This document shows positions 38,770 to 52,049 of a DNA stretch of 60,000 nt, piece by piece. This DNA is from Squalus acanthias. Its lineage: Eukaryota. How positions within the stretch are numbered: the stretch's first letter is position 1; every line of letters starts with the position of its first letter. Position numbers and translations under genes: made by a program. The DNA is taken from contig CM059432.1 of assembly GCA_030390025.1 (NCBI GenBank), forward strand, positions 134,666,001-134,726,000. The letters run 5' to 3'. The notes below the pieces were generated by a model. It was not told the DNA's origin. It saw only the letters and a program-made list of their open reading frames with translations, and did no database searches.

Positions 38770-40167
38770 TAGCCGAACATCAGTAGTAGGGAAAATGCTA
38801 GAGTCTATTATAAAGGATGTGATAACAGGACACTTAGAAAATATCAACGGGATTAGACAAAGTCAACATGGATTTATAAAAGGGAAATCGTGTTTGACAA
38901 ACCTACTGGAGTTTTTTGAGGATATAACTGGTAGAATAGATAAGGGAGAACCAGTGGATGTGGTGTATTTGGATTTTCAGAAGGCCTTTGATAAAGTCCC
39001 ACATAAGAGGTTAGTGTACAAAATTAAAGCACATGGAATTGGAGGTAATATACTAGCATGGATTGAAAATTGGTTAACAGACAGGAAACAGAGAGTAGGA
39101 ATAAATGGGTCTTTTTTGGGGTGGCAGGCGGTGACTAGTGGGGTACCGCAGGGATCAGTGCTTGGGCCCCAGCTATTCACAATATATATCAATGATTTGG
39201 ATGAGGGAACCATATGTAATATTTCCAAGTTTGCTGACGACACAAAACTAGGTGGGATTGTGAGTTGTGAGGAGGATGCAAAGAGACTTCAAGGCGATTT
39301 AGACAAGTTGAGTGAGTGGGCAAATACATGGCAGATGCAGTATAACGTGGATAAATGTGAAGTTATCCACTTTGGTAGGAAAAACAAAAAGGTAGAGTAT
39401 TATTTAAATGGTGATAGATTGGGAAATGCTGATGTACAAAGGGACCTGGGTGTCCTTGTACACCACTCACTGAAAGCAAACATGCAGGTACAGCAAGCAG
39501 TTAGGAAGGCAAATGGTATGTTGGCCTTCATTGCAAGAGGATTTGAGTACAGGAGCAAGGATGTCTTACTACAGCTGTACAGGGCCTTGGTGAGACCACA
39601 CCTGGAGTACTGGTGTGCAGTTTTGGTCTCCTTATCTAAGAAAGGATATACTTGCCGTAGAGGGAGTGCAGCGAAGGTTCACCAGACTGATTCCTGGGAT
39701 GGCAGGACTGTCGTATGAGGAGAGATTGGGTCGACTAGGCCTGTATTCACTAGAGTTTAGAAGAATGAGAGGGGATCTCATTGAAACATATAAAATTCTG
39801 ACAGGGCTAGACAGACTGGATGCAGGGAGGATGTTTCCCCTGGCTGGGGGGGGCATCTAGAACAAGGGGTCACAGTCTCAGGATACGGGGTAGGACATTT
39901 AGGACTGAGATAAGGAGAAATTTCTTCACTCAGGAGGGTGGTGAACCTGTGGAATTCTCTACCACAGAAGGCTGTGGAGGCCAAGTCACTGACTATATTT
40001 AAGAAGGAGATAGATAGATTTCTAGACACAAAAGGCATCAAGGGGTATGGGGAGAGAGCGGGAATATAGTATTGAGATAGAGGATCAGCCACGATCATAC
40101 TGAATGGCGGAGCAGGCTCGAAGGGCCGAATAGCCTACTCCTGCTTCTATTTTTCTATGTTTCTATG
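38770..40167 (+). mobile_element. Young 5'-truncated CR1 LINE
   Basis: Long RT ORF (YLDFQKAFDKV, GVPQGSVLGP, FADD); frameshift near 39612; (tttctatg)2 tail. Confidence 0.96.
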
Positions 40168-40231
40168 TCACAGTGGGTATACTTTCATGAGCACCAGCAG
40201 CTCTCCAGAAGCTTAGTCAGGTGGCAATCAT

Positions 40232-40675
40232 AGAATATTAGAGCACAGGAAGAGGCCATTCGGCCCGTCGTGCCTGTGCCAGCTCTTTGAAAGAGCTATC
40301 CCATTAGTCCCACACTCTAGCCTTTTCCCAATAACCCTGCAAATTAGTCCTCTTCAAGAACACGTCCAATTGCCTTTTGAAAGTTCCTATTCAATCTGAT
40401 TCCACCATCCTTTCAGGTCGTGCGTTCCAGATCTTAACAACCCTCTGGGTGAATTATTTTTTCTTCATTTTCACTCTAGTTCATTTGCCAATTATATTAA
40501 AACTGTGTCCTCTGGTTACCGACCCACTTGCCAGAGGAAACAGTATTTCCCTAACTTGTTCTATCAAAACCTCTCATAATTTTGAATACCTCTATTAGGT
40601 CTCCCCTTAACCTTCTCTGCTATAAGGAGAACAATCCCAGCTTCTCCAGTCTCTCCACATAACTGAAGTCCCTCA
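40232..40675 (-). mobile_element. CR1 LINE 3' end
   Basis: LRDFSYVERLEKLGLFSL remnant and 3' UTR. Confidence 0.8.
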
Positions 40676-40940
40676 GTTCAGTGTGTGCTTGTGAAGGTGA
40701 ACGCCAGAAGACTAGTTGATCATGGAGGGACACTGCAGCCAATTTGGATCCTTTCCTCACACACTGTCCACACATGCAATTACCAGAGGTGCTGCTGGAC
40801 TTCAGGAGATGGAACACCGAGTGACGCGTCATCTTCATAGCCCAAAGTCACCGAGGCCATTACAGTTCCCCTCACCATGTCCCAGCCGAGATCAATTAAC
40901 TCAGTACAGATATGGGAATCAAACCTTGGACTTCCGTGAA
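40676..40940 (-). mobile_element. Old tRNA-derived SINE-like repeat
   Basis: Minus strand gtccaaggtttgattccc..tctgtactgagttaattgatctcggctggg is a B-box-like head; similar decayed copies near 1260-1470 and 46610-46880. Confidence 0.45.
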
Positions 40941-41324
40941 GGAGGTCCAGACTGCTTGGCATTTTCCCCAGTTGTAGACTCTTTTCGTTCTAAAACACTC
41001 ACTATTGCTTTGATACACGGACAGCAACAGCTTGCATGTACATAACACCTATAATGTCGAAGAAAATGGTCCAAGACACTTCACAGAAGAAAAAAGGAAC
41101 TGACATAGCATTCTTGTACTCTGTTCAGAAAGAAAGATCAAAGTGATCCAACTATCATAATTAGTGTATTAGGTTCTCCTGCAAATCACAGTTTTGACTG
41201 ATCTGTGCACTCAAGTTTTCCCCAGAAGGAGTTGTCAATTGCTGTTCAGACGTTACCTGAAGTATCCCAACGGATTGCTTGATGAGGTGGCGAAATATAG
41301 CACCCTTCATGACATCAGGACCCC

Positions 41325-41680
41325 CCCCCAAAGCTCTTCACAGTCAATGAGGTATTTTTGAAGTGTAGTCACTGTTGTAATGTAGGAAACGCTGCAGCCA
41401 ATTTGCACACAGCCAGGTCACACAAACAGCAATGTGGTAATGGACAGTTAATCTGTTGGTTGAGGGGTAAATATTGGCCAGGACTCTGGGAAGAACTCCA
41501 CTGCTCTTCTTTGAAATAGTGCCGCGGGATCTTTTACGTCCACCTGACAGGGCAGACAGGGCCTCGGTTTAACGTCTGAACCGAAAGATGCCACTTCCTA
41601 CAGTGTAGCATTTCCTCAGAGGCTCGAGCACAAAAATCTAGGCTGACACTCCAGTGCAGCACTGAGGGAGTTGCTGCACT
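41325..41680 (-). mobile_element. SacSINE1-like SINE, rearranged
   Basis: Reverse Deu core gggcctcggtttaacgtc followed by a short plus-strand piece of the same SINE. Confidence 0.75.
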
Positions 41681-42914
41681 TTGAAATAAATGTCCATTTG
41701 TGTACAGTGATTAAAATGAGCATCTAATTCCTTCATTGCTGTGCCTCTGGCTTTTAAATCAAAGCACTTGGAGCAACAACAATCATTAGGATCATGAAAG
41801 CGAATCTGAAATAATTAAGCTTTTGTTCATTTAAACCACAGAGTAATTTATCTGCTAGCTTTTTTTTTGCTTTAAAATGTTATTGTGCGCATACAGTAGA
41901 TAGATACCACAGCATTCAGGCTGAAACAGCAAGTATTCACTGCAGCAGCCAACTGCTAAATTAGACAGAATTCACAAGGGGGACATTTTTGCATTTTAAA
42001 ATTGTTGGAAATAAACAGTCAGGATAAAATACAACTGTTTTATATCCTACATAACCCTCATGTAATCATGCAGCTAATTTAGGAAACCATTCAGAATAGC
42101 TGCAGCAGTGTACTAAAATACTAATCGGTCTGAAGGAGGTCTTCATATTGCCCATGCTCATGAATTATTGATCTCATTGCATAAAAATCCTCTCTTAAGA
42201 TAACTTTGCCGTTTCACAAGTACTTAAAAGTATTTTATTGTGTCCTCAAAGACCGTATATAAAAATATCTTCACAAAAATATGCTATTTAATGCGTTTAA
42301 ATTCCTTAGGAGTACGGCTTTATCGGAATACAGACGGCACAGTGCTCAGGAGGATTTCTAGCCATATGAACAGCAACACCAAGACAACATATTTCCAGTA
42401 CAGATTCAAAACTACAGCATGCTGTTTTTTTGCGCAGAAATTTCATCCTCTATCTTTGACTGCTGATATATCAACTCTAATCTGTAATAGCAAAATAAAA
42501 GATCAGCACTTTGTGCAGTGATGCATGAAAACATTACAGTACCGACAAAACAAGAGATCCCTTTTTCATTACTTCTGTGTTATATAAGCACTTGAGTGGG
42601 GACAACACACCAGGCTCAAGTTAAAAGGGAGACGGCAGCAGTTTGCCATACTAGATGGTTTCTTGCCAAATATGTGAAACAATTGTATTTGTGAGCATTT
42701 AATTTGAAAGCATGCAGTGTTGAAGTTGCAGACCCTATATATTACAAGGCTACATCAATACCTCAATCTAACCTATACTCTGCTAACCCATATATTGTAC
42801 AAAAGCAAAATACTGTGGATGCTGGAAATCTGAAATAAAAACAGATGCCAGGCGAACTGGTCTACAATTGCCTGGTTTCCCTCTCGCACCTTTCTTTTTA
42901 TTTTGCTTTTAAAA

Positions 42915-44605
42915 AAAAAATTGTTCTCAGGATGTGGGCGACACTGGCAAGGCTGGCATTTATTGTCCACTCCTAGTTGCCCTCGAGAAGGTGGTGGTGA
43001 GCCGCCTTCTTGAACTTGGAGGTGGTGGTGTTCCCATGCGCCCGTTGCCCTTGTCCTTCTAGGTAGTAGAGGTCGCGGGTTTGGGAGGTGCTGTCGAAGA
43101 GGCCTTGGCGAGTTGCTGCAGTGCATCTTGTAGATGGTACATACCGCAGCCACGGTGCGGTTACTGCCCATCCCTAGTTGCCCTAAGGAGGTGGTGGTGG
43201 GCCTTCTCCTTGAATTGTTGCAGTCCTTATGATGATGGTAGCCCCACAATGGTGTTAGGTAGGAAATTCCACAATACTGACCTAACATCAATAAAGGAAT
43301 GCTTTGCCGAAGTCAGTATGGTGTTCGAATTAGAAGGGAACTTGGAACTTAATGGTGTTCCCACAACATTGCCGCCCCTGTCATCGGTGGCAAAGGTCGC
43401 AGAGCAGGGAAGTGTTGTCAAAATAACCTTGGTGAGTTTCTGCAGTGCATCCAGTAATTTATGCACACAGCAGCCACAGTGCGCTGGTGGTGGAGGGGAT
43501 GAATATTGAGTCCAGTGACAGCGGCATCAATCAAGCAAATTGCTCCGTCCTGGATGGTGTCAAGCTTCTTGAGTGTTGTTGCAGCTGCACCCATCTGGGT
43601 GAATGGTAAGCAATGTTCCCTTTAAGCTGCGCAGCGCTCTGGAGCTCCTGCGCAGACGGCTCACTTGCTTTTAAATGGGGAAAAAACGTGCACAGGCGCG
43701 GTATTTTGAATGGGCCACGCAGCCCCCGCATCCCCCCAAAAATTAAAGGGAACATTGGTGATAAGTATTCCATCACACTCCTGATTTGAGCCTTGCGGAT
43801 AGTGGAGAGGCTTTGAGGGGTCAGGAAGTGAGCCCTATATCTGCCATGCTCTTCTAGTCACGGTGTTAGTAGCATTGCTGGTCCGGTTTAGCTTCTGGTC
43901 AATGATGATCCCCAAGAGGTTGATGCTGGCGCTGTTGAAGGTTAAAGGGAGATGCCTCTTGTTCGAGGTGGTCATTACCTGGCTCTTGCGTTGCAAAAAT
44001 GCTACCCTGTCAGCCCAAGTTTGGATATTATCCAGGTCCTGCTGCAGGCTGGCAAGGGCTGCTTCATTATTGGAGGAGATATGAATGGAACTGATCACTG
44101 GAATCATCAGCGAACAGCACACTCCTGACTTTATGATGGAGGGAAGTTCATTGGTGAAGGGCTGAAGATGGTTGGGCTGAGGATGCTTCCCTGAGGAACG
44201 TTTGCAGTAATAGTCTGGGGCGTGATGACTGGCCTTGGACAACCACAACCACAGGAACAGGAGTCGGTCATTCAGCCCCTCGAGCCTGTTCCACCATTCA
44301 ATGAGATCATGGCTGATCTGCGACCTAACTCCATATTCCTTTGAGTCAGGTTTAATTCCAGCCACTGAAGGGTTTTCCTTTGACCCTCCCTGATTCCAAT
44401 TTTGCTAGGACTCCTTGGTGCTTTATTTGGTCAAATGCTGCCTTGATGTTAAGGGCAGCTACTCTCACCTCTCCTGTGGCATTCAGCTCCTGCGTCCACG
44501 TCTGGATCAAGGTGCTGATGAGGTCTGGAGCCAAGTGGTTCTGGTGGAACTCAAACTGAGCACCTGTGAGCTGGTTATTGAGGAGTAGGTATCGCCTGAT
44601 GGCAC
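42915..44605 (-). mobile_element. Mosaic of family-2 LINE fragments with nested CR1 tail and MITE
   Basis: IKAAFD, LQQDLDNIQ.WAD and CTIYKMHCSNSPR remnants. Confidence 0.8.
43611..43757. mobile_element. hAT-like MITE
   Basis: TIR caatgttcccttta / taaagggaacattg; 8-bp flanks atggtaag / gtgataag (6/8 match, probable TSD). Confidence 0.85.
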
Positions 44606-44628
44606 TAATAATTAACTCCTTCCATCAG

Positions 44629-45060
44629 TGGCAGCTTTGGCTCAGTGATAGTACTCTCGCCCGAGTCAGAAGGTCATGGGTTCAAGCCCCCCTCCAGAGA
44701 CTTGAGTACATAATCGAGGCTGACACTCCAGTGCAGTGCTGAGGGAGTGCTGCACTGTCGGAGGTGCCGGCTTTCGGACGCGACGTTAAACCGAGGCCCC
44801 GTCTGCCCTCAGATCAACATTAAAGATCCTAAAACACTATTTTGAGAAGAGTAAGGGAGTTCTCCCCCGGTGTCCTAGTCAATATTTATTCCTCAATCAA
44901 CATCATTAAAACAGATTAACTGCTCATTTATCTCTCTGCTGTTTGTGGGACCTTGCTGTGCATGAAGTGGCTGCCCTTTTTCCATAAATTACAACAGTAA
45001 CTGCACTTCAAAAGTACTCCATTGGTTGTAAAACACTTTGGGACTTGCTGAGGTCTTGAA
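44629..45060 (+). mobile_element. SacSINE1-like SINE, full length
   Basis: A box tggctcagtgatag, B box ggttcaagccc, Deu core and tail. Confidence 0.88.
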
Positions 45061-45659
45061 TTCTTTCCTCCTTTTATCACTTTACCGATAATTGGAAGAG
45101 TCTGATAGGGCAGTAATTGGCCAGGTTAAATTTATCCTGTTTTTTGTGGCTAGGAGTTGAAATTAATAACACTTTTGCATAAAGCTTCAACAACGCTGTT
45201 TACAATGGATGTCAACCGTTATCTATTTGAGTTTGTTTTATACATTAAGCTAGGTAATGCTATGATGGCAACTTTCAAGGTTTGATCTCGTTTTCTTTTT
45301 TGGACACCATCATTGTTATTGTTCTCCTGAAGGACGATCTATCGTCCAACGAGGAGGACATGATACTCCGAGACACTATCAGCCAGCACGAGCTGTGAAT
45401 TGGGTGAGAGACTTCAGTCGTTTCCAGTTTTTCTTTCGCTACAACATCAAATTCCCATCTCACCATGGCATTCAGCCTCGTGATTCACCAGAGCACGATT
45501 AAACTCATCCAGTCGGTCGCAAACAAGTTTGCGTGACCAGGATTAATTCGAATTAAACACCTTTTTGGCTTATGTCGGTCTCCCTGCCAAATTTGTCCCC
45601 TCCTCTCCTCACTCCTTGACTCCAAAGGCACCGATCACCTTTAACAAATTTAAAAAAAA

Positions 45660-46600
45660 TTAGTTTATGGGATGTGGGCAAGGCCAGCATTTATTGCCCA
45701 TCCCTAATTACCCTTGAGAAGGTGGTGGTGAGCCGCCTTCTTGAACCGCTGCAGTCCGTGTGGTGGAGGGAGTTCCAGGATTTTGAACCAGCACTGATGG
45801 AGGACCGGCGATATACTTCCAAGTCAGGATGATGTGTAACTTGGAGGGGAACTTGGAGGTGGTGCTGTTCCCATGTGTCTGATGCCCTTGTCCTTCTAGG
45901 TGGAAGAGGTCGCGGGTTTGGGAGGTGCTGCCAAAGAAGCCTTGGCGAGTTACTGCAGTGCATCTTGTAGATGGTACACACTGCAGCCATGGTACGCTGG
46001 TAGTGGAGGTTGTGAATGTTTAAGGTGGTGGATGGGGTGCCAATCAAGCGGGCTGCTTTGTCCTGGATGGTGTCGAGCTTCTTGAGTGTTGTTGGAGCTG
46101 CACTCATCCAGGCAAGTGGAGAGTATTCCATCACACTCCTTACTTGTGCCTTGTAGATGGTGGAAAGGCTTTGGGGAGTCAGGAGGTGAGACACTCGCCG
46201 CAGAATACCTAGCCTCTGACCTGCTCTTGTTGCCACAATATTTATATAGCTGGTCCAGTTAAGTTTCTGGTCAATGGTGACCCCCAGGATGTTGATGGTG
46301 GGGGATTCGGCGATGGTAATGCCGTTGAATGTCAAGGGGAGGTGGTTAGACTCTTGCTTGTTGGAGATAGTCATTGCCTGGCACTTCTGTGGCGCGAATG
46401 TTACCTGCCACTTATCAGCCCAAGCCTGAACATCGTCCAGGTCTTGTTGCATGCGGGCATGGACTGCTTCATTATCTGTGGAGTTGTGAATGGCACTGAA
46501 CACTGTGCAGTCATCAGCGAACATCCCCCTTTCTGACCTTATGTTGGAGGGAAGGTCATTGATGAAGCAGTTGAAGATGGTTTGGCCTGGGACACTGCCC
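45660..46600 (-). mobile_element. Family-2 LINE 3' part
   Basis: ORF 45691-46524 with FADD, nearly identical to 10921-11517. Confidence 0.92.
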
Positions 46601-46939
46601 TACCTTACCTTACCTTGCCCAAGTGTCCAATATGTATGTCTGAGCCTTGACTGTGAGTGTCAGCAGTCTATTTCATCATAGGTGGTATCAGAGCTCAGCC
46701 CAGTCCTGATGTCCACACATGCATGCACTTCTAGTAGCGGCCACTAGGCAGTGATCAGGAGCAGGAACACTTTCTGATTCCCCCCTCCGAGAGGTGTTGA
46801 GACCTCAATGTCGCACTCCTGCGGATGAGTCAGCTGAACTCAGCACAAGACTGGGGACCTTTCGTGGCTCAGCTACTGAGTGGACAAACCTGACAGCCAT
46901 CAGAAGAGAAATTCTTGAGCTGCTGGTTAAGCACTCAAC

Positions 46940-47282
46940 GTGGCTGCAATGTGTACCATCTACAAGCAACTCGCCAAGGCTTCTTTGACAGCACCTCCCA
47001 AACCCATGACTTCTACCACCTAGAAGGACAAGGGCAGCAGGTGCATGGGAACACCATCACCTCCAAGTTCCCCTCCAAGTCACACAGCATCATGACTTGG
47101 AAATATATCGCCGTTCCTTCATCGTCGCTGGGTCAAAATCCTGGAATTCCCTCCCTAACAGCACTATGGGAGTACCTTCACCACACGGACTGCAGCGGTT
47201 CAAGAAGACGGCTCACCACCACCTTCTCGAGGGCAATAAATGCTGGCCTTGCCAGCGATGCCCACATCCCGTAAATGAATAA
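46940..47282 (+). mobile_element. Family-2 LINE 3' tail
   Basis: Inverted relative to 45660-46000. Confidence 0.85.
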
Positions 47283-47702
47283 CCAAAAAACTCCTGAATA
47301 TCCCAAGAATTAGAATTGTATCTCACTTCCTTCTAGTGTCTTTTGCAGCCACAGCCAAGTGCAATTATTCCATTGAGACCTCCTCATATGTAATCTGCAG
47401 CTACAATGATGGCTGTGTTGTGTGCATTCAACCAGACCCAATTACTCTGCTTTCCCTTATCAAAATAAGCAACTTCTAAAGGGCTATGCCTCAACATAAA
47501 GGCAGCCCAAGAAGATTCAGGAAATAGCAAGGCTAAACAACAGTCAATCATGCTGCAAGACTGATTTATTACTACACCAAGAGTTAAATTAGCATCTGAT
47601 CACGGCATCCTCAAAGGAAAGGTGGAGGATTGATTCATCAAAGTTCAACTTCTGGGCATTTTCTAAATGAAATAGCAAATCTAATCTGTTAAAAAATTGT
47701 TC

Positions 47703-48262
47703 AGATAGCAAGGAAGTTATGCTAAACCTTTATAAAGCACTGGTTAGACCCCAGCTGGAGCAGTGTGTTCAATTCTGAGCACCACACTTTAGGAAAGATG
47801 TCAAGTCCTTAGAGAGGGTGCAGAGGAGATTTACTAGAATGGCACCAGGGATGCGGGACTTCAATTACGTGGAGAGACTAGAGAAGCTGGACTTGTTCTC
47901 CTTCGAGCAGATAAGATTAGGTGTTCAAAATCATGAAGTAAGGAAGGAGAAACTGTTTCCAGTGGCAGAAGGGTCGGTAACCAGAGGACACAGGTTTAAG
48001 GTAATTAGCAAAAGAACCGGAGACCTGATGAGGAGAAATGTTTTTTATGCAGCGAGTTGTGCGATCTGGAATGCGCTGCCTGAAAGAGCGGTGAAAGCAG
48101 ATTCAATAGTAACTTTCAAAAGGGAATTGGATAAATGCTTGAAGGGGAAAAATTTGCAGGGCTATGGGGAAAGAGCAGGGGAGTGGGACTAATTGGATAG
48201 CACTTTCAAAGAGCCGGCACAGGCACGATGGGCCGAATGGCCTCTTTATGTGCTGTAAGATG
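47703..48262 (+). mobile_element. CR1 LINE 3' end
   Basis: QRRFTRM.PGMR...TRGHRFK..IWNALPE in ORF 47818-48192. Confidence 0.88.
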
Positions 48263-49159
48263 CTACGATATGTTGGGGATGACCGGTGAAGAACCAGTGA
48301 TTGTAAGCCAGACACATTGTTTCATACTGTGCCATTGCAAAGGGGCAGGGGTGGGTGGGGGGTCAAGATGACATTCAGTCTTAAAGTCAAGCGGGGTTAG
48401 ACCGGGGAAGGGATGGGGAAAATAACTGAATCATTGTCAAGGGAAGGCTATGATGCTGGAAGCCAGAGGAGGGGAAAAGGGGAGAAAGAGAGAAGATGGA
48501 GAGGAAAGGGGGAGCTGGGAAAGAGTGATGGAGGGAAGTGAAGGAACAGAGAAGTTTATGTATATCAGTATAAAGATTATGCACATTTCGCAATCTTTTA
48601 TTTAAAAAAAGCCTTAGTGAAGATTAAGTTTTTAAAAAAGGCAAAGGCAAATTAAAAAGTTTGAATCCCACTGAAGTACAAGCTTTCTATTTTTGCAATC
48701 ATATTATTTTCAGCAGATTGTTGCTACGATTAATGTCGGTGTTAAGTACATGAGGCAACCAAAGTGGTATTAGCCACTGCTGGTAGAAAATAATCAAACA
48801 GCTGGGGCTAGGGAGCATTAGGTGGAACCCATACAATTCTCAACAACAATAATTTGCATTTATATAGCACCTTTAACAGAGTAAAATGTGCCAAAGGGCT
48901 TAGTCACAGCCTGGTTCTAGTTCCCCATTCACAAATAAATGAGTAAGTACACTTATTCACACAAAAAGCCATGAAATAAATAAAGAAGTATATTTTACTG
49001 AATTGCGCATTATCTTACCGTATAAATTTATCTTGTTCTTGTGACTCTTAGTGGCCCCTTGCTCCAGCACTCTATACTTTATAACTAGACATTATTTGAG
49101 GAACTCCCTTTTATGTTATTGACCCACTTCAGTGACAATGTGAGAATAGTTTAAAAAAT

Positions 49160-49280
49160 GTTCTGACGAAGGGTCACGTTGACTCTGTTTCTCTCTCCAC
49201 AGATGCTGCCTGGCCTGCTGAGTATTTCCAGCATTATCTGTTTTTATTTCAGATTTTCAGCATCCGCAGTATTTTTTTTT
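49160..49280 (+). mobile_element. Penelope-like terminal fragment, hammerhead with GAAA deleted
   Basis: gttctgacgaagggtcacgttgactctgtttctctctccacagatgctgcc. Confidence 0.75.
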
Positions 49281-49877
49281 TGTGTTTAAAAAAATGTTAC
49301 TTCGGAAGAGGAGTGGCAGTACAAACACGTGAGCAGGGAAATAGGATGGAAATGCGGACTGCACCAAGAACAGGCCAATTGCTAGCAACCTCACGACAAA
49401 GATCTGAAATCAAAGCCAGAAGTTGTTGATGGCACAGCGGGGAAAAGAGGCATACTGACGAAGATGATAGGGTGCAGGAATGGACAACCAGGAGTGAGTA
49501 AACAAAATAAAACAAATAGATTATAACCAGGGGCCAAAGCGCACTCCAGAAGGGGCATGGAAAAAATATATGGGTCACATTCGCGGAAACTAAATTACGT
49601 AGCTAGTTTATCACCTTGCACAGCAGAAGTGCAACATGGCAGAGATTCAGAGCTGAGAAAAGAAATGTGTTTCAGTGTCACCCAGTGGCCAGAGCCTGGA
49701 GCTGCATTAACTGTATGGCCTACTCCTGCTCTTATTTCTTATGTTCTTATTACGATGAATTTGTACCTGCATGGCCGAAGTAAGCGATTGAAGGGAGACA
49801 CAATCCTTGGCAATTACAGCAATGTAAAATACCCTCTAAAAGCAAACCGGAGACTGGACTTGTTCCTTGCATAGTCT

Positions 49878-50186
49878 TACATAGTATTTACAGCACAGAA
49901 ACAGGACATTCAGCCCAACAGGTCCATGCCAGTGTTTATGCTCCACATGAGCCTCCTCCCACCTTTTTTCATCTAACCACATCAAGATATTCTTCCATTC
50001 CATTCTCCCTTATGTCTTCATCCAACTTCCCCTTAAATGCATCTATTCTAGTCACCTCAACCACTCCGTGTGGTAGCGAGTTCCACATTCTAACCACTCT
50101 CTGGGTAAAGAAGTTTCTCCTGCATTCTCTATTGGATTTATTAGCACCTTATATTTATGGCCCCTAGTCTGGTCTCGTCTGCAAGT
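49878..50186 (-). mobile_element. CR1 LINE 3' end
   Basis: Same subfamily as 24163-24572. Confidence 0.82.
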
Positions 50187-52049
50187 TGCACAGACAAGGA
50201 AGTACTAACTATTCGGAATTTGCATTACTCAAGGTTGCCCATCACCGTTGGGACAATTTGTTTTCTTTTTTAAGTTCCTGACCAAGTATCTGGATGAAAC
50301 TCTTCGCTGTGTGGAAGGTCCATCAGAAAACCGCTAGCTCAGTGCACCGTTGACAAAAAGCCTGGGAGCAAAAGGTTCAGTTGAAGGATGCGAGTGGCTC
50401 AGGAGATGGCAGAAAAAGAAATGCAGTGGGAAAACGGAGATCGTTCTCAGTCTAAAAGTGATGAGAACTGCAGGAAACATATGGATGACAAAGTATTTTT
50501 TTTTATATATATATAAAAAGGCCGAACGATTAAAAAAAACTTCAAGTACATGTCTTTTAATTTTAACATTTGCTGAGTTTTGTGCTTTGTAGAACTAGCT
50601 GATTATAAATGTCGGTGAGCCTCTGGTTTGTGTGGTAATGTCCTCCATTTTGAGGAGCATTTGGTAGCGTAGCTCAGAACTACGAGAGATTCAGTAAACA
50701 ATCTACTTCAACAGGCACACCACAGGCAGAGTATAAACAAATACAACTTCCAGTTTGTAGGGGGTCTAGATTTGCTGACAATTGTTAGATCATTGAGAGA
50801 GATGGTTCTAGACAAACTCTGAAATTGTAAAATAACCCTTTTTTTTTTTACACACCTGACAGAACAAACATATTCTGTCCTAAGATAAATAAAAGAGAGA
50901 AAAAAAACTCCACATGCTGCAAAACTTAAAGCCTGGAAATGCACTGCAGGTCTGTTGTGTATTTCCATATTCTGTCCCAAGCATGTATTTGTTTCCCCTT
51001 CTACAACAGATGTTAAACAACTCCTAAAAAAAAATATTGTGGTAAACTGATTTTAAGAAAGATATAACCCTTTCGTCAGTAGGATTATCAAAACAACAGA
51101 TATCTAAAAATCTAGACTAAGGAGGTTTCTTACAAAGCCCCAGAGTTGACGTGAGCTCGTTCACAACCAGAACATAAAACGGTTCCAAATTGAAGAGCTG
51201 ATTAGATTTCCGGTGGATATAAAACCTTGTTACGCAACTGTTTTAGTTGTCATGGGAACCCCATCTTCAGCATATACTCAGAGCCCTGCTGGCTACTTTG
51301 CTAAAAGAGTAGACACTACTGGATGGCACGTAGTTCGAACACAACTGAAAAGTCTCCAATACATGGACACACAGACCTATGGCCACCAACTGAAGCACTT
51401 TGTGCTTGTTTAACAAGCACCCACGATTGTGAGCCAAATAGCTGAAGCGTTCCAAAAATATAATTATACAGTAAAAGTATTCAGATATGTCAGTCAGACG
51501 GCAGAGTATGTAAAGAGTGGAAAATCGAAAATGTGCAAGCAGATGAAAAATTCTCCAATGGAAACAAAATGCAAACTCAGAGCCTTAAATGACAGCTGAA
51601 TGCTCTTGGCACAAATCTGTCATAATCTTAAACAAAGTAGGAACAAGAAATAAAATATACCCTGCATCGGTACCCACACATATGTAATTCATTGACTAAT
51701 GTGAAGAGGGGGCGAGGGAAGAGAATTTCCTGTGAACCATTATTAGCCACTAGGAAAACAAAAAATGAACAATAATAGTTTATTACAATTGGCATCGTGA
51801 GGGTTTTCTAAATGTCACACTTGCGTGACAAGGTAAAGACAACGGTATCAGCACAACTGTGATAGCTGGCAAGCCAGAGTCACAGGATAGATTTGTTCAC
51901 ACCTACTTTCCCAGATACTGCTTCCATCAGAACGGTTGTTCACTAATAACTGTACAATTTTCAAACAGAATACTTGCCAGTTGAAATGTCAGCCTGTCCT
52001 TTATCAAATTATTTTCATTTGGGGAACAAAAAAAAAAATTGAAATTTTA

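Noticed and set aside
38726..39718. 330-aa ORF as a host or domesticated gene
   Set aside because: 5'-truncated CR1 RT with a frameshift; the ORF start lies in unrelated flank.
45275..45540. CpG-containing stretch with gccATGgtgag on the minus strand
   Set aside because: No recognisable protein or promoter context; insufficient support.
48400..48555. Purine-rich tract as G-quadruplex or triplex element
   Set aside because: Low-complexity sequence with irregular G-runs; nothing specific to support a function.
49019..49084. Possible 66-nt minus-strand exon (ag...G|gtaag) open in one frame
   Set aside because: No pyrimidine tract, no FCP1 similarity, and the open frame is phase 1 whereas the downstream exon is phase 0.
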